Positions 1 through 6,821 of a stretch of 18,150 nt of DNA are shown one piece after another. This DNA comes from Okeania sp. (GTDB taxonomy: Bacteria > Cyanobacteriota > Cyanobacteriia > Cyanobacteriales > Microcoleaceae): positions 1 to 18,150 of the forward strand of contig NZ_JAYKGW010000015.1 of assembly GCF_035285525.1 (NCBI RefSeq), written 5' to 3'. The translations under genes and the position numbers were made by a program. Below the pieces are notes generated by a model. The model did not search any database and was not told the DNA's origin. It saw only the letters and a list, made by a program, of their open reading frames with translations. The first letter of the stretch is position 1, and the number at the start of each line of letters is the position of its first letter.

Positions 1-53
1 AAGGAAAAGCAGAAGGAAAAGCAGAAGGAAAAGCAGAAGGAAAAGCAGAAGGA
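1..53 (+). repeat. 12-bp tandem repeat AAGGAAAAGCAG x4.4 inside the coding region (encodes GKAE repeats)
   Basis: Perfect 12-nt periodicity read directly from nt 1-53. The array may continue upstream of the window. Confidence 0.9.
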
Positions 54-242
54 CGTTTATCCGAAGCGATCGCTTTTGTGATGCGTTTACTGAAAAAAAG
101 ATTTCCAAACATTCCCAGTACCATAAATAGTCAAATTGAAGATTTATCTATTGAAGATTTAGAAAGTTTAGGAGAAGATTTATTAGATTTTCAAAGTATA
201 GAAGATTTAGAAAGTTGGTTAAATTCTCGCTACTCTAATTAG
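1..242 (+). CDS. 3' fragment (5' end cut by window edge) of a DUF4351-type protein, the C-terminal module seen on Rpn/PD-(D/E)XK putative-transposase family proteins
   Basis: The frame starting at nt 3 is open to TAG at 240-242. It reads (GKAE)x4-GRLSEAIAFVMRLLKKRFPNIPSTINSQIEDLSIEDLESLGEDLLDFQSIEDLESWLNSRYSN*. The other two forward frames hit stops within 80-110 nt. The LL.KRF...I..LS.E.LE.LGE.LLDF.S..DLE.WL pattern matches my memory of DUF4351. Confidence 0.6.
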   Translation, partial: GKAEGKAEGKAEGKAEGRLSEAIAFVMRLLKKRFPNIPSTINSQIEDLSIEDLESLGEDLLDFQSIEDLESWLNSRYSN

Positions 243-258
243 GATTTGCTGAAAAAGT
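235..258 (+). repeat. 24-bp perfect direct repeat CTAATTAGGATTTGCTGAAAAAGT (second copy at 503-526)
   Basis: Identical 24-mers at 235-258 (spanning the DUF4351 stop codon) and 503-526. Related AATTAGGAYTTGCTGA motifs occur at about 3161-3176 and 11987-12003. Confidence 0.85.
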
Positions 259-826
259 CTTCTTGCTATTTTTAGGGAGTAGGGAGTAAACCCACCCCTA
301 ACCCTTCCCAGGAGGGGAAGTCAGTAGGAATAGAAGTTAAAGATGAATTAGCTGGAAGAATTATCTTTTAATTTTTCTGCTAAATGTGAGCCTTTTGTCC
401 TAACTTTTTTGACCTTTTTGACCTAAAAGTTACTACTTTTTTCCAACAAACAAGTTGCTAAAACCTTTATCTCTAAAGACTTTTATATTTATTCAGCCAG
501 CCCTAATTAGGATTTGCTGAAAAAGTATGTTAATGAAAGAAGGGAACAGGGAACAATTTAAACTATCTGCTATGGTCAAATTTTCGGCAAGGATACTAAA
601 TAATCTATAAATCAGACTAACTAAAAGGTCTATGGAAAGTCAGAAGAATATAGATATAATTATTTGTCAATCCCACCACCTGAATAGCTGCTTCAATTCT
701 AAATTCTAAATTATAAATTCTTACGAATTCTACAAAAAGGTCTGTCTCAATCAGATATTCTTAAAAAATAGCTCCTCTAGTTCATTTTAGATAGCTTTAT
801 CTATCATTTTTATGTTTTTTCTATTT

Positions 827-931
827 TTCCCTCTTCCCTCTTACTTCTTCCCTCTTACTTCTTCCCTCTTAATTCTTCCCTCTTAATTCTTCCCTCTTAC
901 TTCTTACTTCTTCCTTCTTCCTTCTTACTTA
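827..931 (+). repeat. STRR-type heptamer tandem array (15 units: TTCCCTC / TTACTTC / TTAATTC / TTCCTTC)
   Basis: Strict 7-nt register from 827 to 931, ending 50 nt upstream of the kinase ATG. The same CTTCTTA/CTTCCTA family recurs at 14515-14540, 14589-14612 and 14857-14993. Confidence 0.9.
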
Positions 932-980
932 ATTCAACCATCTATAACAAACATTTATAAAATTGGTATAAGATTGCTAT

Positions 981-2807
981 ATGAGTTATTGCTATAATCC
1001 TACTTGTCAAAAACCTCAAAACCCAGACAAAAATAAATTCTGTCAAAGTTGCGGAGCTAAACTAATTCTAAGAGAACATTATCGCCTCCTAAAACCAATC
1101 GGAATTGGCACATTTAGCCGGACATTTTTAGCAGTTGATGAAGATATTCCTTCCCAACCAATTTCTGTAATTAAACAATTTTTACCAATAGCTACTCCCG
1201 GCAAAAATTCAGTACAAAATATCAATGAAATAGAAAAAGCATCAACATCATTTCAGAGAGAAGCATTACAATTAGATAAACTCGGAAAACATCCCCAAAT
1301 TCCCAGTTTATTAGCCTACTTTATTGTCTCATCCTATCAATATTTAGTTCAAGAATATATACAAGGAAAAAACTTACTTCAAGAATTAAAAGAAGAAGGA
1401 ACATTTGACGAACAAAAAATTAGACAATTTCTCAGAGAAATACTCCCTGTCTTGCAATTTATTCACAAAAATCAAGTCCTGCATCGCGACCTGAAACCAG
1501 AAAATATTATTCGTCGTGGTGCTGATGAAAACGAATATCACTGGAGCGGAAATTTATGTTTAGTCGGTTTCGGTGCTGCCAAAGCTATTTCCACTAATCC
1601 CAAAGTCAACAGTTTTACTGTCATTGGTTCCCCAGAATATACAGCTCCAGAACAGCTAACAGGTCAACCCGTATTTGCTAGCGATATTTATAGCTTGGGA
1701 GTTATTTGTATTCATTTAATGACTCAAGTTGACCCCTTCGACTTGCGTCACGGTGAAGAATGGTTATGGCAACAACATATACCCAGACCTGTGAGTACAT
1801 CCTTGAGTAATATCATTAATAAAATGCTAGAAGTCTCTTTGTCCCAACGTTATAGTTCAGTAGAAGAAATTTGGCAAGACTTAATGCAAACAACAGCAAG
1901 TTCTTGGGAAGCATTAGAAAGTTTAGAAAATAATGGTGACAAAGTGAGAACTGTAGCATTTAGTATTGATGGTCAAAATCTCGTAAGTGGTGGTGAAGAT
2001 AATAATATTAAAGTCTGGAGTCTGGGAACCGGAAACGCTCCTCAGATTTTAGGAGGTTGGATGTTCAGTCATTCGGGATGGGTGCAGGCGATCGCTTTTA
2101 GTCCGGACGGTCAACTCCTAGTGAGTGGAAGTAATGACAATGCGATCAAGATTTGGAACTTAGGTACTGGAAAGTTGATGCGCACTTTGGGAAACTGGTT
2201 TGGTCAAGACTGGGGTGCTGTACAGGCGATCGCTATTAGTAAAGATGGTCAAATATTGGCTAGTGGTCATGGCGACAAAACAGTAAAAGTCTGGTATCTC
2301 AACAGTGGAAAAATGCGGGGATTTTTGAAAGGTCATACTGCTTGGATCGAGTCGGTTGCTATTAGTCCCGATGGCAAGGTATTGGTAAGTGGAAGTGGGG
2401 ATAAGACGATTAAATTATGGGATGTGGAAACTGGGAAGTTGTTGTTAACTTTGACTGGTCATACTGATATCGTTCGGAGTGTAGCGATCGCTCCTGATAG
2501 TCAGATATTGGCAAGTGGTAGTAGTGACAATACTGTGAGGTTGTGGCAGTTAGCAACGGGAGATTTATTGGGAATATTGCAGCATCCCGATGGAGTGAAT
2601 AGTGTTGCTATTAGTCCTGATGGTTTGATATTAGCGAGTGGGTGTCGGGATGGGAATTTGTATTTATGGAATCCTTATACAATGGAGGAGATCGCAGTAT
2701 TGAGTCAAGAGGCAGTAGTGAATGCGATAACATTTAGTGTGGATGGTCAAATGTTGGCAGCCGGTTGTGGGGATGGAAGTGTCGGTGTGTGGCAAAGGGT
2801 GAGATAA
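981..2807 (+). CDS. Ser/Thr protein kinase-like protein with N-terminal Cys4 zinc ribbon and C-terminal WD40 beta-propeller (about 7 repeats); DFG motif degenerate (GFG)
   Basis: 608-aa ORF. Zinc ribbon: CYNPTCQ...CQSCG. Hanks kinase motifs: GIGTFSRTF glycine loop, VIKQF lysine, HRDLKPENI catalytic loop, SPEYTAPEQ. Then recurring V.AIA.SPDGQ.LxSGSxDxTIKxW WD40 units from about aa 315 to the end. Confidence 0.9.
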   Translation: MSYCYNPTCQKPQNPDKNKFCQSCGAKLILREHYRLLKPIGIGTFSRTFLAVDEDIPSQPISVIKQFLPIATPGKNSVQNINEIEKASTSFQREALQLDKLGKHPQIPSLLAYFIVSSYQYLVQEYIQGKNLLQELKEEGTFDEQKIRQFLREILPVLQFIHKNQVLHRDLKPENIIRRGADENEYHWSGNLCLVGFGAAKAISTNPKVNSFTVIGSPEYTAPEQLTGQPVFASDIYSLGVICIHLMTQVDPFDLRHGEEWLWQQHIPRPVSTSLSNIINKMLEVSLSQRYSSVEEIWQDLMQTTASSWEALESLENNGDKVRTVAFSIDGQNLVSGGEDNNIKVWSLGTGNAPQILGGWMFSHSGWVQAIAFSPDGQLLVSGSNDNAIKIWNLGTGKLMRTLGNWFGQDWGAVQAIAISKDGQILASGHGDKTVKVWYLNSGKMRGFLKGHTAWIESVAISPDGKVLVSGSGDKTIKLWDVETGKLLLTLTGHTDIVRSVAIAPDSQILASGSSDNTVRLWQLATGDLLGILQHPDGVNSVAISPDGLILASGCRDGNLYLWNPYTMEEIAVLSQEAVVNAITFSVDGQMLAAGCGDGSVGVWQRVR

Positions 2808-2837
2808 TGGATAATTGATAATTGATAATTGATAATT
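2803..2837 (+). repeat. Heptamer tandem repeat GATAATG + GATAATT x4
   Basis: 7-nt register read directly. The first unit overlaps the kinase TAA stop codon (2805-2807). Confidence 0.9.
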
Positions 2838-2963
2838 AAGGGTTGCTGATTCAATGTTCTTATACCATTTCGACCTGATGTTGCGCTTAATAAAAGGTAA
2901 TAGTTGTTTAAAAATTCAGGTCTAGGTTAGAGTTATTGTTCTTAGTGCGATTTTTTGGGAACC

Positions 2964-3125
2964 GTGCATCCTGCTCCCGGGGGTTTACCTCACCATGATA
3001 GACCTAGAAACCCGGTTTCTTAAAGAAACCGGGTTTCTTTGTGCAGTTGGAAATAATAGAAGTGGAATGGGCATCCTACCCGTCCCCAAAAATTAGGCAC
3101 CGGCAAGATTCCCCCATACACAAAA
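2964..3125 (+). repeat. Composite small dispersed repeat, copy A (GCATCYTGCTCCC block, TACCTCACCAT block, perfect 15-bp-stem palindrome AGAAACCCGGTTTCT-TAA-AGAAACCGGGTTTCT at 3006-3038, then GGGCATCCTRCC..GTCCCCAAAAAT..GGCAAGAT block)
   Basis: Collinear with copy B at 4899-5071 in the same orientation. The blocks resemble the very small mobile repeats/MITEs known from Nostocales genomes. Confidence 0.8.
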
Positions 3126-3183
3126 CTATTTTCTTCCAGTCGCAATGACTTGGATATAGTAATTAGGACTTGCTGATTAAATC

Positions 3184-3293
3184 AGGACTTACGCAGAAAC
3201 TGGGTTTATCAACAAAATCTCGTGGTTTGAACTGAATCCAGAAACCCAGAAACCCGGTTTCTCAAAGAAACCGGGTTTCTTTGCGTAAGTCCT
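3184..3293. mobile_element. 110-bp MITE-like element with 12-bp perfect terminal inverted repeats (AGGACTTACGCA ... TGCGTAAGTCCT) enclosing another GAAACCCGGTTTCT/AGAAACCGGGTTTC palindrome
   Basis: TIRs at 3184-3195 and 3282-3293. No coding capacity. A degenerate relative lies at 6554-6656. Confidence 0.7.
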
Positions 3294-3437
3294 ATAAATC
3301 TCAAAGCATTTTTTAAGCTCCATTATCTTTTCTTAAATTTTCTTTCGTGATAACCTTAAATTATAATTAAAATGTTGATTTTTTTTTCAACACAATTACA
3401 ATAGTCAACCGTAGACATAATCTAGATAGAGGCATCT

Positions 3438-4619
3438 ATGGCAAAATTCAATTTCAAGAACTTCGATAAAATATCCAAGTTAACTCTAAACGGTAGCGCA
3501 GCACAAGAGGGGAGCCAAAGTCTTCTACGCTTGACAAATCAAAATTCTAATGCTCAGTGGGGCAGCGCTTTTTTCTCCAAACCTATCAAGATTACTGAAA
3601 ATACCTCTTTTGAAACATACTTCCAGTTTCAAATTTCTAAATCACCTTTCGATGACGTCCAAGGTTTGGTCTTCATGCTCCAAAACGATCCCAGGAAGGA
3701 TAATACTCTAGGCGAAAGTGGAGCAGGATCCCTTGGATACAGAGGTATCTCCTCAAACATAGGTATAGAATTTGATACTAAAGACACTAATTATGGTAGT
3801 GAGTATGACGATCCTGGTGACAATCACATTGGACTTAATAAAAATGGGAATCTCGGATCTTTAGATTTTGTTGAAGCCAACCAAGATATGGATAGTGGCA
3901 ATGTCATTCATGCTTGGATTGACTATAATGGCAAAAATGATAAGCTCGAGGTTTTTCTATCCAGTACCGACCAGAAGCCACGAAATTCACTATTTTCAAG
4001 CAAAATAGACCTTAAGGATACTGTTGGTAAAAGAGCTTATGTAGGGTTCAGCGCTGCAACAACCGACTTCGAGAATGGTAATATAGACATCCTCCAATGG
4101 AACTTTTCCTCGGAAGAGGAGGGTAGCTCCAAACCTACAAAAAGTATCAACGGCAACAATGGCAATAACCGATTAACAGGAACTAAGAATAGCGATCGCA
4201 TCAACGGCAAAGGGGGTAAAGATATCCTTACTGGTGCTGCTGGCAACGATATTCTCACTGGTGGTAACGGAGCAGACGACTTCCTTTTCGGCGGTAACAA
4301 ACCCTACAGCCAAAAAAACTTGGGCACCGATAAAATCACCGACTTTCAACCAGAGGTTGACGAAATAATCCTCGAACGCGATGTTTTCATCACCCTCCGC
4401 AGTAAAGCAGGAGAAGGATTTAGCATCAATCGCGAATTTGATATCGTCAAGAACAAACGCGCCGTTGCCAACTCTGTCGCTGATATCGTCTACGACCGCT
4501 CCACTGGAGATTTATACTACAACGCCAATAGCGCCCTCAGTGGTTTTGGTGGTGGCGGTAAATTTGCCACCTTAGAAGGAGCGCCCAATATTAGCGAGTC
4601 TGATTTTGTGCTACAGTAA
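3438..4619 (+). CDS. Secreted-type calcium-binding protein: N-terminal L-type (legume-like/ConA-fold) lectin domain fused to RTX GGxGxD nonapeptide repeats
   Basis: 393-aa ORF with GAGG 5 nt upstream of the ATG. Lectin-like pattern: LNGSA..LRLT..QWGSAFF, F.FQI, LVFMLQ, IEFDT, DNHIGLN, HAWIDYNG..LEVFL, YVGFSAAT. RTX repeats at aa ~237-285: GNNGNNRLTGTKNSDRINGKGGKDILTGAAGNDILTGGNGADDFLFG. No N-terminal signal peptide is visible. Confidence 0.85.
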   Translation: MAKFNFKNFDKISKLTLNGSAAQEGSQSLLRLTNQNSNAQWGSAFFSKPIKITENTSFETYFQFQISKSPFDDVQGLVFMLQNDPRKDNTLGESGAGSLGYRGISSNIGIEFDTKDTNYGSEYDDPGDNHIGLNKNGNLGSLDFVEANQDMDSGNVIHAWIDYNGKNDKLEVFLSSTDQKPRNSLFSSKIDLKDTVGKRAYVGFSAATTDFENGNIDILQWNFSSEEEGSSKPTKSINGNNGNNRLTGTKNSDRINGKGGKDILTGAAGNDILTGGNGADDFLFGGNKPYSQKNLGTDKITDFQPEVDEIILERDVFITLRSKAGEGFSINREFDIVKNKRAVANSVADIVYDRSTGDLYYNANSALSGFGGGGKFATLEGAPNISESDFVLQ

Positions 4620-4703
4620 GCAGAGTAGATTCCACCGCGCGTAAAATCTTGCGTCGAGAATGTTGTTTTCCACTTACAGCGGTTTTCATTTTGGTAAACC
4701 ATA

Positions 4704-4741
4704 GTAGGGACCTTGCATAACAAAAATGCTAACGTCCCTAC
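4704..4741. repeat. Palindromic dispersed repeat GTAGGGACCTTGCAT-loop-ATGCTAACGTCCCTAC; possible terminator for the lectin-RTX gene
   Basis: About 13 of 15 bp pair, with a 7-nt loop, followed by AAAATTTT. The same family occurs in inverse orientation at 12185-12222. Confidence 0.55.
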
Positions 4742-4898
4742 AAAATTTTGGCTATGCTGATTTTGATTTAATAATTCTTTGAGGTTTAATCAGCAACCCA
4801 TCATTATCTTTTCAAGGTAAACAGTAGTGGGAGCATCTTGCTCCCTTACTAAATGAGGGAACACTTAACTGGGAACAGGGAACAGTTTAAACTATCGG

Positions 4899-5071
4899 AG
4901 CATCTTGCTCCCTTACTAAATCAGGACTTACTGTACCTCACCATTGATACACCCAGAAACCGGGTTTCTTCAAGAAACCCGGTTTCTTTGTGCAAATGTT
5001 TCATCGCCGGTATGGGCATCCTGCCTGTCCCCAAAAATCAGGAACGGGCAAGATCCCCATTCCACAAAATT
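4899..5071 (+). repeat. Composite small dispersed repeat, copy B (same block order and orientation as 2964-3125)
   Basis: GAGCATCTTGCTCCC, TACCTCACCATTGATAC, the CCCAGAAACCGGGTTTCTTCAAGAAACCCGGTTTCTTTGTGCA palindrome and GGGCATCCTGCCTGTCCCCAAAAATCAGGAACGGGCAAGAT all align by eye with copy A. An extra GGAGCATCTTGCTCCCTTACTAAAT unit sits at about 4829-4853. Confidence 0.8.
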
Positions 5072-5091
5072 GCTTCTATATTAATGGAGGA

Positions 5092-5754
5092 CTAACCAAT
5101 TTTATACTCCTGAATTCTAACTTCTGATGTCATAAATAATGCTCGATATACAGGTTGATTTTTAGCTAAAGTTGCCTTTTCTCTTTCTGATAAAACAGGC
5201 AAAATATTTTCCTTTAACCAATCATTAGAAGTTCGAGAAAATGAACTATTTTTTGAGAAGCGATCGCACATTTCTTTGGCTACTTTTTCTACATCAGAAT
5301 GTAAAAAAATTTCTCCTCCCACTGTTAAATAATTTGCTAAATCTTCAACTAATTTTGGTTGTACAACTCGACGGGTTTGATGACGTCTTTTAAACCAAGG
5401 ATCGGGAAATAAAATAGAGACTCTTTTTAATATTCCTTTTGGCAAAGAATCAAATATTTCTGCTAGGGAAATATTCGCATTACAAAACAAATAATGCAAA
5501 TTATTTAAACCTTGTTCATCTCGCAAATTATTAGCTTCTATAACTAAAGGTTCTCGTATTTCTAAACCTAGAAAATTCCACTCAGGTTCTACCTGTGCCA
5601 TCTGCCATAAAAATCTACCTCTAGCACAACCAATATCCAAATGTAATGGTTTGTTCATATCTGTATAAATACCACTCAAATTAGGAATCTTTATTGACTG
5701 TTGATATCTGCTAGATAAAGGATTAACGTGCTGTCTAACTCTTACTCTTGCCAA
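5092..5754 (-). CDS. trmB: tRNA (guanine-N7)-methyltransferase
   Basis: 220-aa ORF. It has the [10 protein letters not shown]-terminus, [13 protein letters not shown]-binding motif, [14 protein letters not shown] motif and GGEIFLHSD, all characteristic of TrmB. Confidence 0.9.
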   Translation of the reverse strand: MARVRVRQHVNPLSSRYQQSIKIPNLSGIYTDMNKPLHLDIGCARGRFLWQMAQVEPEWNFLGLEIREPLVIEANNLRDEQGLNNLHYLFCNANISLAEIFDSLPKGILKRVSILFPDPWFKRRHQTRRVVQPKLVEDLANYLTVGGEIFLHSDVEKVAKEMCDRFSKNSSFSRTSNDWLKENILPVLSEREKATLAKNQPVYRALFMTSEVRIQEYKIG

Positions 5755-5994
5755 AATTTAAACCTCCATTATTTTAAGCATTTAGCTATTAGCCGTCAGC
5801 TTTCAGCCCTCTACTTCTCTAAAAGAAACTCCCCAACGGAAGACTCTTTATAATAATCTAATTTTGTCATCTTTTTGGATAAGAATGAATTCAGAAATTA
5901 GGGATAAAGTAAATGTCATGTCAGTTATCGGTTATCAGTTAGTTTTCTACATAGGAACTGTTAAGGAAGTTTCTCCAGTGAAAAGGCAATAAAA

Positions 5995-6060
5995 TTAGGA
6001 ATTTCCATTTTTATCAATGGCTAAATTAGAAATGGGAGAAGTATTACTAACAATAATCAT
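5995..6060 (-). pseudogene. Truncated stub of a DUF3368/PIN-like toxin gene (partner of the UPF0175 antitoxin)
   Basis: ATG at 6060-6058 overlaps the UPF0175 TGA stop in a 4-nt ATGA junction. It reads MIIVSNTSPISNLAIDKNGNS*. The first 15 aa match the usual DUF3368 start (..VSxTSPLxxLAxIG..), then it stops after 21 codons. Downstream frames are broken and run into GATAAC heptamers. Confidence 0.5.
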
Positions 6061-6302
6061 CGCCAGGGTTCCTTTTGTAATGTTTTGAGGTCTTCCTGAA
6101 ATTCTACTACGTCGTAATGAACACAAATTCTACGATCGCTGATTAATTTCTGAAATTGCATTCGGTGTATTCCTAGCAACTCACTAGCTTTACCTAAACT
6201 GATTTTTTCTTGTTGAAAAAGCATCATCAAAATTTCTACTAATAATTGATCTTCTGACAAGCCACTTGCTTGTAGAATTTGATCTGATATTAATAAACTC
6301 AT
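6057..6302 (-). CDS. UPF0175-family antitoxin-like protein
   Basis: MSLLISDQILQASGLSEDQLLVEILMMLFQQEKISLGKASELLGIHRMQFQKLISDRRICVHYDVVEFQEDLKTL fits the UPF0175 pattern (helix-turn-helix-like SLGKA..L.G..R..F). The ORF is open to an upstream ATG at 6326, which would add 8 aa. Confidence 0.75.
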   Translation of the reverse strand: MSLLISDQILQASGLSEDQLLVEILMMLFQQEKISLGKASELLGIHRMQFQKLISDRRICVHYDVVEFQEDLKTLQKEPWR

Positions 6303-6553
6303 TGTTATTTGAAAATTAATTAACACTGCTGAAGGCTAAAGTCTATGACAACTGCATCTATAAAACTAATACAAAGACTCACATAACCTGACAATCCAAT
6401 GTTTACTTCCTGCTTCTACTGAGCCATTCGTTTGTATGAGAATTAAGTAAATATTGATAATAATCAAGATAATTGAAATTCATATTATTAACTCAAATCA
6501 ACAATAACACTATTCTCTAATAGTTAGAGTTTTTTGGCAAGATTTATTTACAT

Positions 6554-6656
6554 AGGACTTACACGGGAGGAACCTGGTTTCTAGGATAAATCCTTGTTTT
6601 GAGCAATAGACATCTACGCTCGTACCGGGTTTCTGGGTTCACATGGCTTTAGTCCT
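6554..6656. mobile_element. Degenerate MITE-like element of the AGGACTTAC...AGTCCT family
   Basis: Ends AGGACTTACAC (6554-) and TTTAGTCCT (-6656). Internal GGAACCTGGTTTCTAGG and GTACCGGGTTTCTGGG blocks resemble the element at 3184-3293. It lies in the divergent spacer upstream of the heterocyclase. Confidence 0.5.
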
Positions 6657-6821
6657 GTTACATTTTACGAACCTCTAGGTTAAAGCTACTCAGGGATTAT
6701 TTTTAACTTTTAAATTGTACATAGCGCTATAATACTTGTTTGGTGTCATTCCATGCTTTGCTTTGCTGCGCAATGCTAACGCGAACAACCAAACTTACAT
6801 AATTAACTAAAATAATTTATA

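Noticed and set aside
4037-4723. ORFs 4037-4300(-), 4381-4575(+) and 4517-4723(-) overlapping the lectin-RTX gene
   Set aside because: They are shadow frames of the Gly/Asn-rich RTX repeat region (Pro/Leu-rich low-complexity translations). The long + frame has clear domain motifs.
4853-5095. 80-aa ORF in the track (MREHLTGNREQFKLSEHL...)
   Set aside because: It is built entirely from dispersed-repeat blocks: GGGAACAGGGAACA, GAGCATCTTGCTCCC, the GAAACCGGGTTTC palindrome and GGGCATCCTGCC. A similar pseudo-ORF arises from the repeat at 527-610. It is not a gene.
6753-6779. Mini-ORF MLCFAAQC* 43 nt upstream of the heterocyclase start (and MFTSCFY* at 6399-6422), considered as Cys-containing heterocyclase substrates
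   Set aside because: At 7-8 codons they are far too short to carry the leader and recognition sequences that PatD-type enzymes bind through their RRE. There is no ribosome-binding site or conservation evidence. Such short ORFs are expected by chance.
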